The notes under the pieces were generated by a model. It searched no databases. It saw only the letters and a program-made list of their open reading frames with translations, and was not told the DNA's origin. This document shows, one piece after another, positions 41,451 through 51,871 of a DNA stretch of 64,000 bases (its first letter is position 1; every line of letters starts with the position of its first letter). The translations under genes were made by a program, and so were the position numbers. Source of the DNA: Abditibacterium sp. GTDB lineage: Bacteria; Armatimonadota; Abditibacteriia; Abditibacteriales; Abditibacteriaceae. The stretch is taken from the NCBI GenBank assembly GCA_965199495.1, contig CBDASK010000003.1, positions 3,968,001 through 4,032,000 on the forward strand, read 5' to 3'.

Positions 41451-42220
41451 CAAAACCGCGTTTCGCATTTTCAATTCCAACATATAGTGACGCCGAGCAA
41501 CGCGCGCTCTTCGAGGGTTTTGCAAGCGCCGGATTTGACGGTTTGCAACTCAAAGGCGGCCAATACGCGCGTTATCTGGACGCGCCAGAGCGATTCTTAG
41601 CGGAGTGGGGCGAGTTTGAAGGCGCGCGCGCGGCATTAATTGCCGGCGGGTCGCTCGATGAAAACGGCGTCGCGTCTTTGCAGCGGACTTTTAATTTCGC
41701 GGGGGAAATTGGTGCTGAAATGGTGGTTTTTTGTCACGGACAGGCGCGGGAGACCGTCGGCGACGCGCAAATTCGCGGTTTCGCGCGCCAACTGTCCGAA
41801 TTGGGCGCCGAGGCTGCGACGCGGGGCGTGAAATTGTCGCTGCATAATCATTTCGACAATCCGGTGATGCACCGCGCCGATTTCGACACGTTCTTTGGCT
41901 CGATTGAATTAGGAACCGTCGGTTTGACGCTCGACACCGCGCACCTACAAAAATCCGGTGTTTTCGACATCGCGGGCATAGTGCGCGATTTTGACGTTTT
42001 TCTCGACAACGTGCATCTCAAAGATTTCGCGGCGGGCCAATTCCAAACTCTGGGACGCGGCGAAATCGCGTTCGAGGCTGTTTTTACCGCACTGCATGAT
42101 CTCAATTTCGCGGGTTGGCTGTGCGCCGACGAAGAAAGCGATACGGGCCTTGAAGCCTCGTTGCGCGCCTCGTTCGCGTTTCTCGAAGCGGGCTGGAACT
42201 CTGCAAGGACAAATTTATGA
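41447..42220 (+). CDS. Sugar phosphate isomerase/epimerase (IolE/xylose isomerase-like TIM barrel)
   Basis: LHNH, LDTAH, VHLKD, LGRGEIAF. Confidence 0.88.
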   Translation: MTKPRFAFSIPTYSDAEQRALFEGFASAGFDGLQLKGGQYARYLDAPERFLAEWGEFEGARAALIAGGSLDENGVASLQRTFNFAGEIGAEMVVFCHGQARETVGDAQIRGFARQLSELGAEAATRGVKLSLHNHFDNPVMHRADFDTFFGSIELGTVGLTLDTAHLQKSGVFDIAGIVRDFDVFLDNVHLKDFAAGQFQTLGRGEIAFEAVFTALHDLNFAGWLCADEESDTGLEASLRASFAFLEAGWNSARTNL

Positions 42221-42576
42221 TCGCCAATTTAATCACCAAAACAACAGAAGGCGAAGTCCTCGACCTCGATTGGGGCCGCATCGTCTGGAAAACCGCGCGC
42301 GCTCTCGGTAACTCGCAAACCATGACGTTTGGCCTCGTCACCATCAAAGCGGGTCACGCCAATCCGCGCCATCGCCACCCCAATTGCGACGAAATTTTGC
42401 ACCTGATTTCCGGCGTAATCGAACACAGTCTGGGCGACGAAACGATGGAAATGAACGCGGGCGACACAATTTCCATTCCCACCGGCCTCTGGCACAACGC
42501 TCGGAACTTGGGCGAGCAAGACGCCCAAATGACAATCTGTTTTTCCTCCGCCGACCGCCAAACAGAAAACGAATGA
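42217..42576 (+). CDS. Cupin domain protein
   Basis: HRHPNCDE, GDTISIPTGLWH. Confidence 0.9.
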   Translation: MIANLITKTTEGEVLDLDWGRIVWKTARALGNSQTMTFGLVTIKAGHANPRHRHPNCDEILHLISGVIEHSLGDETMEMNAGDTISIPTGLWHNARNLGEQDAQMTICFSSADRQTENE

Positions 42577-42661
42577 GAGCATCGAAAACACAATAGACAC
42601 CACGGGCGCAATGAATCATGGCGCCGAAGTGGCGAATTATCGCTTCAGAGCGGCGAGTGCG

Positions 42662-43192
42662 TCAAATCAAACGCGCACGCTCGCGCAGTTTGGCGCGTAG
42701 AACGCGCGGCGTGAGAACATCGTCGGTCGTAATCGAGCGAATCGCGGCCCAGAGAATCGCGGTTAGGTTGAGCAGAAATAGGGCAATAAGTGGTAGCACG
42801 CCGAAAAATTTTATCGTCGTATACCCATAGAGATATAAGAGGCCAATAATATGGTTTGGTATGGAAAAAAGCAGCGCATAAAAGAAGCACCAAAAGATAT
42901 TCTGTGGCAGTATGAGTTTTTTGTCTCCTGCGACATTGCGCACTTTATTCCAAATTGCCAGCACTAAACCTACGGTAATGCCAAAAATAATTCCTGTCGT
43001 ATAGCTTGAAAGAAAAACTGTAGAAATCTGTTCTACAAGCAGATTTTGCATTGTGGAAACGCGCGGATTCGTGGTGGAAACAGCCGCCGTCACTCCAACA
43101 TTCACGACAACAGCGAATTGCGCGAAGCAGTAAGTAAGAAAGAACGCGCCACAAATTCCAAGCACCAAAGGAAATACCAAAAATCGTTTCAT
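42662..43192 (-). CDS. Hypothetical integral membrane protein (lower GC)
   Basis: About 4 hydrophobic segments; TGATG coupling with the upstream gene. Confidence 0.7.
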   Translation of the reverse strand: MKRFLVFPLVLGICGAFFLTYCFAQFAVVVNVGVTAAVSTTNPRVSTMQNLLVEQISTVFLSSYTTGIIFGITVGLVLAIWNKVRNVAGDKKLILPQNIFWCFFYALLFSIPNHIIGLLYLYGYTTIKFFGVLPLIALFLLNLTAILWAAIRSITTDDVLTPRVLRAKLRERARLI

Positions 43193-43869
43193 CAATCCAA
43201 TTTCTCCGCCATCATTGTGCGCGCCAACTCGCGGTCGCGCTCGCTTTCCCAAATCCAATTTTCCAACGGCGGCGCCGCGATAATCTGCTTTAACGTGCTG
43301 CGCGCTTTGGCCGGTTGATTATCGGCGATAAGCGCGTCGGCATAATAAAGCAACGTCGTGGAATTATCGGGCGAAATCTGCAAAGCGCGCTCGAAAAACG
43401 CGAGCGCGTAATCGAGGTTGCCGCCTAAAACTAACGGCTTGAGATGCGTGACGCGGCCCAGAACGCGGAGCGGCCCGGCGAAATGATAAGTCTCGTCAAT
43501 TTGCGCGGCGCGATTGAGTTGTTTTTGCGCGCGTCCCAGCGCCAAGCCCGCCGCGAGTTTGCCGCTCAAACGGGCGGCTTCGAGCGCGCAGGTCGCCGAC
43601 CAAAACGCGGCTTCGACGCGGTCGCCTTCCAACAATTGCGCAGCGCGAGCTTGTTCGGCGCCTCCCGCAAATAGCGCACGCGCTGCGTCAGGATTTTCAG
43701 TTTGCTCTTGCATCGCGCGAAAATGAGCGAAGCGCGAAGCGCGCCAGAGCCAACCATAATTGTCGGGTTTACCCGGCTTGATTTGCGCCAGCAACTCGTT
43801 TTGCAACGCGTTCAAATTTTCCGGCACATGGCGATTGGCGTAAAGCGCATCGAATTCGGCGAAAGTCAC
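43192..43869 (-). CDS. TPR protein resembling the TRAP transporter TatT component
   Basis: AGPLRVLGRV..PLVLGGNLDYALAFFERALQISPDN; start uncertain. Confidence 0.6.
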   Translation of the reverse strand: MTFAEFDALYANRHVPENLNALQNELLAQIKPGKPDNYGWLWRASRFAHFRAMQEQTENPDAARALFAGGAEQARAAQLLEGDRVEAAFWSATCALEAARLSGKLAAGLALGRAQKQLNRAAQIDETYHFAGPLRVLGRVTHLKPLVLGGNLDYALAFFERALQISPDNSTTLLYYADALIADNQPAKARSTLKQIIAAPPLENWIWESERDRELARTMMAEKLD

Positions 43870-43937
43870 GGGGAAAGGATAGAAGATAAAGGCGTCAAAA
43901 TGAAAGGGCACCGCTCAAATTTGATAAATTATATTCA

Positions 43938-44360
43938 ATGCAAAATTCACCTCAACCGCCGCTTCCGCCGCCCAACAATACGTGGGGCGGCTCGTCCATC
44001 GGTTCGTCGCCTTCGATGTCGCCGAGCGAAGAGAAAAACTGGGCCGTCGCCACGCATTTGGCTTCGCTTTCCGGTTATCTGGGCATTCCGTTCGGTCACA
44101 TTCTGGGGCCGCTCGTCTGTTGGCTGATGAAAAAGGACAGCTCCAACTTTCTCGATGAAGTCGGCAAAGAAACCGTCAATTACAACATTAGCATTATTAT
44201 TTGGTTCATCGTTTGTATTCCGCTCTGCTTTCTCATCATCGGCTTTTTTATGTTGGGCGCGCTGGCAATAATGGACATCATCGTCACCATCATGGCCGCC
44301 GTGGCTGCATCGAACGGCCAGCAATATAAATATCCGTTGACGATTCGATTCATTTCGTAA
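43938..44360 (+). CDS. DUF4870 membrane protein
   Basis: EKNWAVATHLA, GPLVCWL, GKETVNY, YKYPLTIRF. Confidence 0.88.
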   Translation: MQNSPQPPLPPPNNTWGGSSIGSSPSMSPSEEKNWAVATHLASLSGYLGIPFGHILGPLVCWLMKKDSSNFLDEVGKETVNYNISIIIWFIVCIPLCFLIIGFFMLGALAIMDIIVTIMAAVAASNGQQYKYPLTIRFIS

Positions 44361-44369
44361 AATCGCATT

Positions 44370-45353
44370 ATGTTTTCTGTGGAACCGTATGAATTTATGG
44401 ACGACGATAGCGTTTTTGAGTCACTTCAAAGCGTGAAATGGGGCGGTAAGATATGGGAATTGGCTCTACAAAATGACGCTCATCCCATTTATCTATATCT
44501 ACGTTTTAGGCAACTTGCAGGAGCTTGGCTCGCCGCAACGCCAGCGATAAAAGCTCCCTTCGAAGATGGACGCCGAGAGATTGCGCCAAGAGCGATATGG
44601 GAACGATTCATCGAGTGCCAAGAAAACGGGCGTTGGTCACGTTCATTGTTTTGGAACGAGCGATTTGAATTACGACAAAAAGGAGAACAGGCGCTTTATG
44701 GAATGAGTCTTTCGCCCGATGGAACAGGAAGTTGGGGCATCATGAACGCTCAGCGTCGGCGCGGAGCCGCATTTTTCTGGGGAAAAGACGAGAGAGATTA
44801 TCTTGCGAAGTCCAGTGCCACACAACTCGTGCAAAAGCTGCGAAGTTCTCCTGATGTTGAATTTGCGCGTCGATTACTTTTTACATCGAGAGATGAACTT
44901 TGGAACCTGATGTGGAAATGGAAACGTGGAGACCATCGAGAATTTGAGCGCGTCTTGGCTTGGGCACTTTTGGCTCAGGATGATTTGTGGCGAACCTTAA
45001 GCAATTTAAGTTGGCGCGTGAATTTAATTGAAGACGCCCAAAATAACGGAACCTGTCTGTTCTCCGACCAAAAGCGCAGCAACGATCCCCGAAATCCAAC
45101 CCCTTTGCCCCCAAAACTTGATCAAGCACTCGCGACGGCTTTACAGTGGTTTGGCCCGCGACTCAACCAACAGAGTATTGACCAGCACCTCGGTTTACAA
45201 AGGCTTTTGGGCGGCTTAATGCGCAACACTTGGTGTTTCCAAATAAATCCAGTTGACTTCACCGCGCACGAACAGCTCGAAGCTTCCGTCAAATGGCACG
45301 ATTGGTTGAGCCACGCGCAAAAAGAACTCGACGCCGAAAAAAGCGGAGCGTAA
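44370..45353 (+). CDS. Orphan protein with C-terminal TAHEQLEASVKWHDW motif (family member 2, 327 aa)
   Basis: Trp-rich intact ORF; motif shared with the two other members. Confidence 0.8.
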   Translation: MFSVEPYEFMDDDSVFESLQSVKWGGKIWELALQNDAHPIYLYLRFRQLAGAWLAATPAIKAPFEDGRREIAPRAIWERFIECQENGRWSRSLFWNERFELRQKGEQALYGMSLSPDGTGSWGIMNAQRRRGAAFFWGKDERDYLAKSSATQLVQKLRSSPDVEFARRLLFTSRDELWNLMWKWKRGDHREFERVLAWALLAQDDLWRTLSNLSWRVNLIEDAQNNGTCLFSDQKRSNDPRNPTPLPPKLDQALATALQWFGPRLNQQSIDQHLGLQRLLGGLMRNTWCFQINPVDFTAHEQLEASVKWHDWLSHAQKELDAEKSGA

Positions 45354-45388
45354 TCAGAATTACGCTCCGCGTTTTCGCGCCTAAGTTT

Positions 45389-46834
45389 CTACAACGCTTC
45401 TTGAATCCAGCACAAATTCAAACAGCGCGCCGCGTTCGCTTCGTCCATGCGCCCGACGCTCAAAGTATGCGGTGCGTGATGCAGCAAATCGGCATCGGTG
45501 CGCGCTTCTTCGGCGATTTGGATCATGGCATCGCAAAACTCGTCCAATGTCGCTTTGGTTTCGGTTTCGGTCGGCTCGATCATCAAACTTTCTTTGATAA
45601 TCGTCGGAAAATACATCGTCGGCGCGTGAAAACCATAATCCGGCAAACGTTTAGCCACGTCGAGCGCCGTCACGCCGTAATCGGTTTTGAAGTTGGCCAG
45701 ACTCAACACGCATTCGTGTTTGCAGACGTTTTCGTTAGCGGTTTCGTAGGTGTCTTTCAGGCGCGCCAAAATGTAGTTGGCCGCCAAAACCGCGTCGCTC
45801 GAAATCTCTTTGATGCCGTCGTCGCCGTGACGCAGAATGTAAGTTAAAGCGCGCAAAATCACGCCCGCGTTGCCGCCGAACGCGTGCAAGGCACCGACCG
45901 ATTGCGGCGCGTCGTTCCAGCTAAAAGCGCCGCTTTCGTCTTTGATGACGTGCGGCGAGGGCAAAAACGGGACGAGAATATCGCGCACCGCGACTGGCCC
46001 GGCGCCCGGCCCGCCGCCACCGTGCGGCGTCGAGAAGGTTTTGTGCACGTTGTAGTGCATCACGTCAATACCCATGTCGCCGGGCCGCACTTGACCGACA
46101 ATCGCGTTCATGTTGGCGCCGTCCATGTAAACGAGGGCGCCGTTTTCATGCGCGATTTCGCACAATTCGACTAACTGCGTCTCGAACACGCCCAGCGTGT
46201 TGGGGTTGGTAATCATCACAGCAGCCACGTCGGGGCCAATCGCGGCGCGCATCGCTTCGATGTCCACGCAACCGGCCTCGTTGGAATGCACGCTCGTCAC
46301 GTCATAGCCGCAACGCGCCGCGCTCGCCGGGTTGGTGCCGTGCGCCGAATCGGGCACCACAATGCGGCGGCGTTGGGTCGCTTCGCCGCGCGCTTCATGA
46401 TAGGCGCGAATCATCAACAATCCCGCGAATTCGCCCTGCGCGCCCGCCAGTGGCTGCACGCTGGCGTCGTGCAAACCAGCGATTTTGGCTAAAACGGTTT
46501 GCGCCTCGAACAAAACTTCGAGCCAGCCCTGACAAGTCGCGGCGTCTTGCAACGGATGAACGCTCGCAAAACCCGGCATCGCGGCGACGGCTTCGTTGAG
46601 CTTGGGATTGTATTTCATCGTGCAACTTCCCAACGGATAAAAATGCGTGTCAATCGAGAAGTTGAGTTGCGACAACCGCGTGAAATGGCGCACGAGGGAA
46701 TGCTCGTCCACTTCGGGGAGCGGTAAATCTTCGCGCGGCTCGAACGGCAAAGGCGACGTGGCTACATCGAGCGGCGGCAAGTAATCGTTGAATAGGCCGG
46801 GCTGGGAAAGCTCGAATAAAATGGGTTGATTCAT
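45389..46834 (-). CDS. gcvPB: Glycine dehydrogenase subunit 2
   Basis: YPLGSCTMKYNP, HGTNPASA, DGANMNA, HKTFSTPHGGGGPG. Confidence 0.97.
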   Translation of the reverse strand: MNQPILFELSQPGLFNDYLPPLDVATSPLPFEPREDLPLPEVDEHSLVRHFTRLSQLNFSIDTHFYPLGSCTMKYNPKLNEAVAAMPGFASVHPLQDAATCQGWLEVLFEAQTVLAKIAGLHDASVQPLAGAQGEFAGLLMIRAYHEARGEATQRRRIVVPDSAHGTNPASAARCGYDVTSVHSNEAGCVDIEAMRAAIGPDVAAVMITNPNTLGVFETQLVELCEIAHENGALVYMDGANMNAIVGQVRPGDMGIDVMHYNVHKTFSTPHGGGGPGAGPVAVRDILVPFLPSPHVIKDESGAFSWNDAPQSVGALHAFGGNAGVILRALTYILRHGDDGIKEISSDAVLAANYILARLKDTYETANENVCKHECVLSLANFKTDYGVTALDVAKRLPDYGFHAPTMYFPTIIKESLMIEPTETETKATLDEFCDAMIQIAEEARTDADLLHHAPHTLSVGRMDEANAARCLNLCWIQEAL

Positions 46835-46847
46835 AGTTCGTTTCCAA

Positions 46848-48179
46848 TTAAGCCGTCAAAAGTTCGACTAATTTATCGATGTCTTCGCGGGTGCGTTGTT
46901 CGGTGCAGCAAAGCAACATCGCGTTGCCGAGTTCGGGATAATCGCGGCTCAAATCGTAGCCGCCGATGATGTCGTTTTCGGCCAGCATTGCGTTAATTTC
47001 CGACGCGGGTTTGGCCAACTTAATCGCCCATTCATGGAAAAATGGCGCGTCCCATAACGTTTCGATCCCGGCGTTTTTCAATTGCTCGGCGGCGTAATGC
47101 GCCTTATGAAAGCTCTGTTCCGACACACCACGCACGCCTTGTTTGCCCATCGCGCCCAGATAAATCGTCGCCATCAACGCCATCAACGCTTGATTGGTGC
47201 AAATGTTGGAAGTCGCTTTTTCGCGGCGAATGTGCTGCTCGCGCGTTTGCAACGTCAGCGTAAATCCGGCTTTGCCATTGGCGTCGGTCGTGGTGCCGAC
47301 CAAACGGCCCGGCGCCAGACGAGCGAACTTTTTGCGGCAACAGAACAAACCCACGCCCGGCCCGCCAAAGCTCGACGCGATGCCAAGCGATTGGCCTTCG
47401 GCGACGGCGATGTCGGCATCGTAGCTGCCGGGCGCGGGCAAAATTCCCAGCGTCGCGGGGTTAAATACGACGATCAACAGCGCGCCTTTGGCGTGCGTGG
47501 CGTCGGCAATCGCTTGAACATCTTCCAAGGTGCCGAAGAAGTTCGGCTGCTGAATCACGACGGCGGCGACAGAATTGTCCAACTGCGCTTCGATAGAGGT
47601 CAGTGCCGTGGCTCCATCTTGGAAGTCAACTTCTTGAATATCGAGTTTGAGACCCTGCGTATAAGTCGAAGCGACGCGACGGTAGAACGGCGAAACCGCG
47701 CGCGGCATCAAAATGCGGTCGCGTTTGGTCGAGGCGCTCGCCATAATCAAGGCTTCGGCCAGCGCCGTGGCTCCATCGTAGAGGCTGGCGTTGGCCATTT
47801 CCATTCCACTCAGTTGGCACAAAAGCGTCTGAAATTCGTAGATGACCTGCAACGTGCCCTGCGAAGTTTCGGCCTGATATGGCGTGTAGGCCGTCGCGAA
47901 CTCGCCGCGCAGAGCCACGGCGGGCACGACGGCGGGAATATAATGGTCGTAACTTCCGGCGCCTAAAAAACAAGCGGCGGTCGAGAAATCGAGATTTTTG
48001 CTCGCTAATTTCGCCATGCGACGGCGCGCCTCCATTTCGGAGAGCGGCGCGCCCAAACCCAAATCGGCCTGATCGCGCAGGGATTGACGAATATCGTGGA
48101 ACAAATCGGCGGGCGAATCGATACCGATCCGCTCGCACATCGCGGCCCGGTCGGCGGCGGTGAGGGCAGAGTAGGACAT
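46848..48179 (-). CDS. gcvPA: Glycine dehydrogenase subunit 1
   Basis: FLGAGSY, TAYTPYQAETSQG, ANASLYDG, TREQHIRREKATSNICTNQ. Confidence 0.97.
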   Translation of the reverse strand: MSYSALTAADRAAMCERIGIDSPADLFHDIRQSLRDQADLGLGAPLSEMEARRRMAKLASKNLDFSTAACFLGAGSYDHYIPAVVPAVALRGEFATAYTPYQAETSQGTLQVIYEFQTLLCQLSGMEMANASLYDGATALAEALIMASASTKRDRILMPRAVSPFYRRVASTYTQGLKLDIQEVDFQDGATALTSIEAQLDNSVAAVVIQQPNFFGTLEDVQAIADATHAKGALLIVVFNPATLGILPAPGSYDADIAVAEGQSLGIASSFGGPGVGLFCCRKKFARLAPGRLVGTTTDANGKAGFTLTLQTREQHIRREKATSNICTNQALMALMATIYLGAMGKQGVRGVSEQSFHKAHYAAEQLKNAGIETLWDAPFFHEWAIKLAKPASEINAMLAENDIIGGYDLSRDYPELGNAMLLCCTEQRTREDIDKLVELLTA

Positions 48180-48186
48180 TGTTTTA

Positions 48187-48279
48187 AAGGGACAAGGGGC
48201 AGGGGACAAGGAACAGCAAATCTGCGGATTCGAGGGAGTGTTAGAATTTTCTCCCTTGTTCCTTGCCACTTGTTCCCTT
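48187..48279. repeat. Heptamer-type (GGGACAA) imperfect inverted repeat
   Basis: AGGGACAAGGGGCAGGGGACAAGG ... CCTTGTTCCTTGCCACTTGTTCCCT between gcvH and gcvPA. Confidence 0.7.
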
Positions 48280-48655
48280 AACCGCGATACGCTTGATACT
48301 CGTCGGCGCTCATCAATTCGCCGAGCGCATCGGGATTTTCGATGCGGGCTTTGATGATCCAACCACCCTCAAACGCCGCTTCGTTGATTTGTGCGGGTTC
48401 GGCTTCCAACGCTTCGTTGATTTCGGTTACTTCACCCGCGATGGGCGCATTGAGTTCGGCGACGGCTTTGACCGATTCGACGACGCCAAACGAAACGCCG
48501 GGCGAAAGTTTCTGGCCGACTTCGGGCAGTTCGATAAAGACCAATTCGCCCAGTTCATGTTGAGCGTAATCGGTAATGCCAATGGTGACAACGTCGCCTT
48601 CAAGGCGAACCCACTCGTCGGAGCGCGTATATTTCAGATCGGAAGGAATGTTCAT
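48278..48655 (-). CDS. gcvH: Glycine cleavage system H protein
   Basis: GITDYAQHELG; VESVKA lipoyl-Lys motif. Confidence 0.97.
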   Translation of the reverse strand: MNIPSDLKYTRSDEWVRLEGDVVTIGITDYAQHELGELVFIELPEVGQKLSPGVSFGVVESVKAVAELNAPIAGEVTEINEALEAEPAQINEAAFEGGWIIKARIENPDALGELMSADEYQAYRG

Positions 48656-48764
48656 GGCGATTTCTCTCCCTTATATTTTCCGCGTTTTTCATGCCACGCA
48701 AAACCCCTATTTTGGTAGCACAGCAATCTATCAATGTATCAAGATGGAAGAATGAATGGTTAGC

Positions 48765-49832
48765 TTAGCCTCGCACATGAGCCACGAACGGCTTTTTGAC
48801 GATACGCGCGCGTTGCGGTTTGTCGCGCACCATCACGTCCACCGAATCGCCGATGGCCAATTTAATTTGGCTCGCCGCGAGGGCGATGCCCGCGCCAACT
48901 GTGGGCGACATCGTGCCGCTGGTGATTTCGCCGATAATTTCGCCGTTTTGGGCGATGGGATAACCTTCGCGTGGAATCGCTTTGCCATCCATTTGCAGCG
49001 CGACAATGCGTTGTTGGGCTTCGCGCATTCCAGCTTCGCGCCCGATGAATGGGCCTTTATCAGCCTTAAACGCCCAGCCCGCGCCCGATTCGGCGGGCGT
49101 CCAAGTTTCGCGCAGTTCGTGGCCGTAAAGCGGCAAGCCCGCTTCCAAACGCAAGACATCGCGCGCGCCCAATCCGCACGGCGTCACTTCGACTTGAATC
49201 AAATTGTTCCAAACTTCGGTCGCCGATTCGGCGGGAAAAATAAACTCGAAACCGTCGCTGCCGGTATAGCCACCGCGCGCCAATTGGCCGTTGATGCCGA
49301 AGATTTCGGCTTCGAGATAGTTGCGCCAGACCATCGGATGCGGCAAATTGCCGTGCGCGCTTAAAATCTCGAACGCGCGCGGCCCTTGAATCGCCAGCAT
49401 CGCGGTTTGACTGGTGCGATTTTCCAGTTCGATTCCAGACGGTAAATGCGCGCGCAGATGCGCTTCGACGGCCTCGACGCGGCTGGCGTTTGAGACGATG
49501 TCCCAATGCTGCCGATTGACGTGATAGCCCATAATATCGTCAATGGCGCCGCCATTTTCGTTCAGCAACAGCGAGTAAGCGGCGGTATTATTAGGCGCAT
49601 CGGCCCAATCGGAGCAGACGAGTTGATTGAGCGCCGCGCCGACATTTTCGCCGCGCGCGCTAAAACGCGCCATGTGCGAAACGTCGAAAACGCCGCAACC
49701 CTCGCGCACGGCGCGAACTTCGGGAATGACGCCCGTATATTGAACCGGCATTTCCCATCCGGCAAAAGGCACCATGCGGCCTCCGGTGGCGACGTGGCTG
49801 TTATAGAGGACGGTGCGTTGAAGTGATTCCAT
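48765..49832 (-). CDS. gcvT: Aminomethyltransferase (glycine cleavage T protein)
   Basis: MVPFAGWEMPVQY, FDVSHM, AIQGP, GYTG, GLGARDVLRLEAG. Confidence 0.96.
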   Translation of the reverse strand: MESLQRTVLYNSHVATGGRMVPFAGWEMPVQYTGVIPEVRAVREGCGVFDVSHMARFSARGENVGAALNQLVCSDWADAPNNTAAYSLLLNENGGAIDDIMGYHVNRQHWDIVSNASRVEAVEAHLRAHLPSGIELENRTSQTAMLAIQGPRAFEILSAHGNLPHPMVWRNYLEAEIFGINGQLARGGYTGSDGFEFIFPAESATEVWNNLIQVEVTPCGLGARDVLRLEAGLPLYGHELRETWTPAESGAGWAFKADKGPFIGREAGMREAQQRIVALQMDGKAIPREGYPIAQNGEIIGEITSGTMSPTVGAGIALAASQIKLAIGDSVDVMVRDKPQRARIVKKPFVAHVRG

Positions 49833-49896
49833 CGCTTTACAATTTAACGCACTCTGGGCTGTCGGGACAAAATTGAACAGGTGTCGCGCGCCACAC

Positions 49897-49932
49897 AAAA
49901 AATGAGGCCGCAACCTCAGATTGCGGCCTCAT
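49897..49932 (-). terminator. Intrinsic terminator after the DUF1508 gene
   Basis: 12-bp stem ATGAGGCCGCAA/TTGCGGCCTCAT followed by a T-run on the minus strand. Confidence 0.82.
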
Positions 49933-49950
49933 CAAATGAGAGAGTGCCGA

Positions 49951-50289
49951 TTAATCGGCAACTTCGGTCAAATCTTTGATCGTCGTGGAGACACAGTTTT
50001 TCTGCACTGAGGCCATGCCATTCTTGCAGGCCGCTTCGGAGGAGTAGGATTCGCTGTGTCCGATCTCCTGACCATTGCCAGCTTTGAGAACAAAGTAAGG
50101 CTGATCGGACTTCGTGATGCGGAGTTCATATTTGCTTTCGTCTGGCCCATTTTTTTGCACCGATTCGATGCCCGACATCGCGCCCGATTTCTGGACGTAG
50201 GCTTCGCTGGAAAGGATGATCTCTCCGTTGCCCGCTTTGAGGTTAAAGCGAAATTGGCCCGACTTGTCTTTTTTGATTTCGTAGCTCAT
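49951..50289 (-). CDS. yegP: YegP/DUF1508 tandem-domain protein
   Basis: Two repeats of FxLKAGNGxxIxxSExY. Confidence 0.9.
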   Translation of the reverse strand: MSYEIKKDKSGQFRFNLKAGNGEIILSSEAYVQKSGAMSGIESVQKNGPDESKYELRITKSDQPYFVLKAGNGQEIGHSESYSSEAACKNGMASVQKNCVSTTIKDLTEVAD

Positions 50290-50464
50290 GATGATATTGA
50301 CAAACTCAAATTCAAACTCCCACAGAGAATTTCCTCGCAATCTTTATTCAACTTCATTTAGATTTTTGAAAGGATGATCAGAGTGTAACTAAAAAATTTA
50401 GATTTATGCACCTAAAAAATTGATGATTCCGGTTGGCCCGATGAGGCGAGATGTCCTCAGCGAA

Positions 50465-51676
50465 TTATAAAGCCCAGTAACTCGCGTCCAATTTTTCCAT
50501 CGCTTCATCCACATCGCTTTCGCTGATGGTGAGCGGTGGCAGAAAGCGCGTAATCGAATCGCCGACGGCGTTGAAAACCAAGCCGTTTTCCAGCGATTTC
50601 AACATTAAATCGCGCGCAATCGGACGGTTAAGTTCCAGCCCCAACATCAAGCCACGCCCACGAGCTTGAGTCGCCAGACCGGTTTGCTGGCCCCAGTCGC
50701 TCAGCTTTTGCGCCAAGTAAGTGCCGACGCGCGCGGCGTTTTCCATCGCGTTTTCGTCTTCCATCGCTTGCAATGTCGCCAGCGCCGCCGCGCTCGCCAG
50801 AAAATTGCCGCCGAACGTGGTGCCGTGGCTGCCCGGCGTCATCGCGAGCGCGATTTGGTCGCGCGCCAGAACCGCGCCAATCGGAACGCCGTTGGCCAGA
50901 CCTTTGGCGAGCGGAATCATGTCGGCCTCCACGTCATACCAAGAGTGCGCGAAAAATTTGCCGGTGCGGCCCATGCCACATTGCACTTCGTCCAAAATCA
51001 GTAGTGCCCCTTTTTCGTCGCAGATTTCGCGCGCGGCCTTGACAAAAGCGGCATCCAATTCCAAAACACCGCTTTCGCCTAAAATCGCCTCGAACATCAC
51101 CGCCGCCGTTTTCTCGGTTACGTTCGCGCGCAAATCTTCGATGTCGTTGAGGTGAACGTGTTTGAATCCGTCCGGCAACGGCCCGAAACCTTCTTGATAT
51201 TTCGGCTGGCCCGTCGCGGCCAGAGCGCCCAGCGTGCGACCGTGAAAACTCTTCCACAAAGTCACGATCTCGTTGCGCTCTGTTTCGCCGCGATCATAAG
51301 CGTAGCGGCGCGCGATTTTGATGGCGGCTTCGTTGGCTTCGGTGCCACTGTTGCAGAAAAACGCGCGCATTCCGCCGCTCATTTCGCTCAGTTTGGCGGC
51401 TAACTCGACTTGCGGCTCGATATAAAAATAGTTCGAGGTATGCAGAATTTGGCTCGCTTGATGAGCAATCGCTTCGGTCACGCGCGGATGGTTGTGGCCC
51501 ATCACGACAACGGCGATGCCGCCCAGAAAATCGAGATATTCGCGTCCACTGTCGTCCCACAATCGTGCGCCCTGTCCGCGCACGAAAGCGTAAGGCAAAC
51601 GCGTCCCGTAGTTTTGAAACGCATGGGCGGCGTCGAGCCGTTGAAGGTCGGCAAGCAGAGAAGTTTGAGTGGGCAT
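50465..51676 (-). CDS. argD: Acetylornithine aminotransferase
   Basis: YLDFLGGIAV, NSGTEANEAAIK, FHGRT, DEVQCGMGRTG, AKGL, HGTTFGGN. Confidence 0.93.
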   Translation of the reverse strand: MPTQTSLLADLQRLDAAHAFQNYGTRLPYAFVRGQGARLWDDSGREYLDFLGGIAVVVMGHNHPRVTEAIAHQASQILHTSNYFYIEPQVELAAKLSEMSGGMRAFFCNSGTEANEAAIKIARRYAYDRGETERNEIVTLWKSFHGRTLGALAATGQPKYQEGFGPLPDGFKHVHLNDIEDLRANVTEKTAAVMFEAILGESGVLELDAAFVKAAREICDEKGALLILDEVQCGMGRTGKFFAHSWYDVEADMIPLAKGLANGVPIGAVLARDQIALAMTPGSHGTTFGGNFLASAAALATLQAMEDENAMENAARVGTYLAQKLSDWGQQTGLATQARGRGLMLGLELNRPIARDLMLKSLENGLVFNAVGDSITRFLPPLTISESDVDEAMEKLDASYWAL

Positions 51677-51871
51677 GGTTGGAAAATGTCCGGTGAGCGC
51701 GGCACAGTTTGGCACATTAACGCCGCTTTTATCTCGCATTTCAGAAACATTGCGTGCCAATGCTTCCATAAAAACCAGTTATTGGCGGACACGCGCGCGT
51801 CTTCGTGGTAAATTATTGGTGTCGGTTTGCAATTGTTGTCTTTTAGAAAGTCCACAGATTTTTATTTTCCC

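Noticed and set aside
49833..49950. Glycine riboswitch upstream of gcvT
   Set aside because: No GGAGA/CCGAAG/CTCAGG aptamer elements; the only hairpin is the terminator of the DUF1508 gene.
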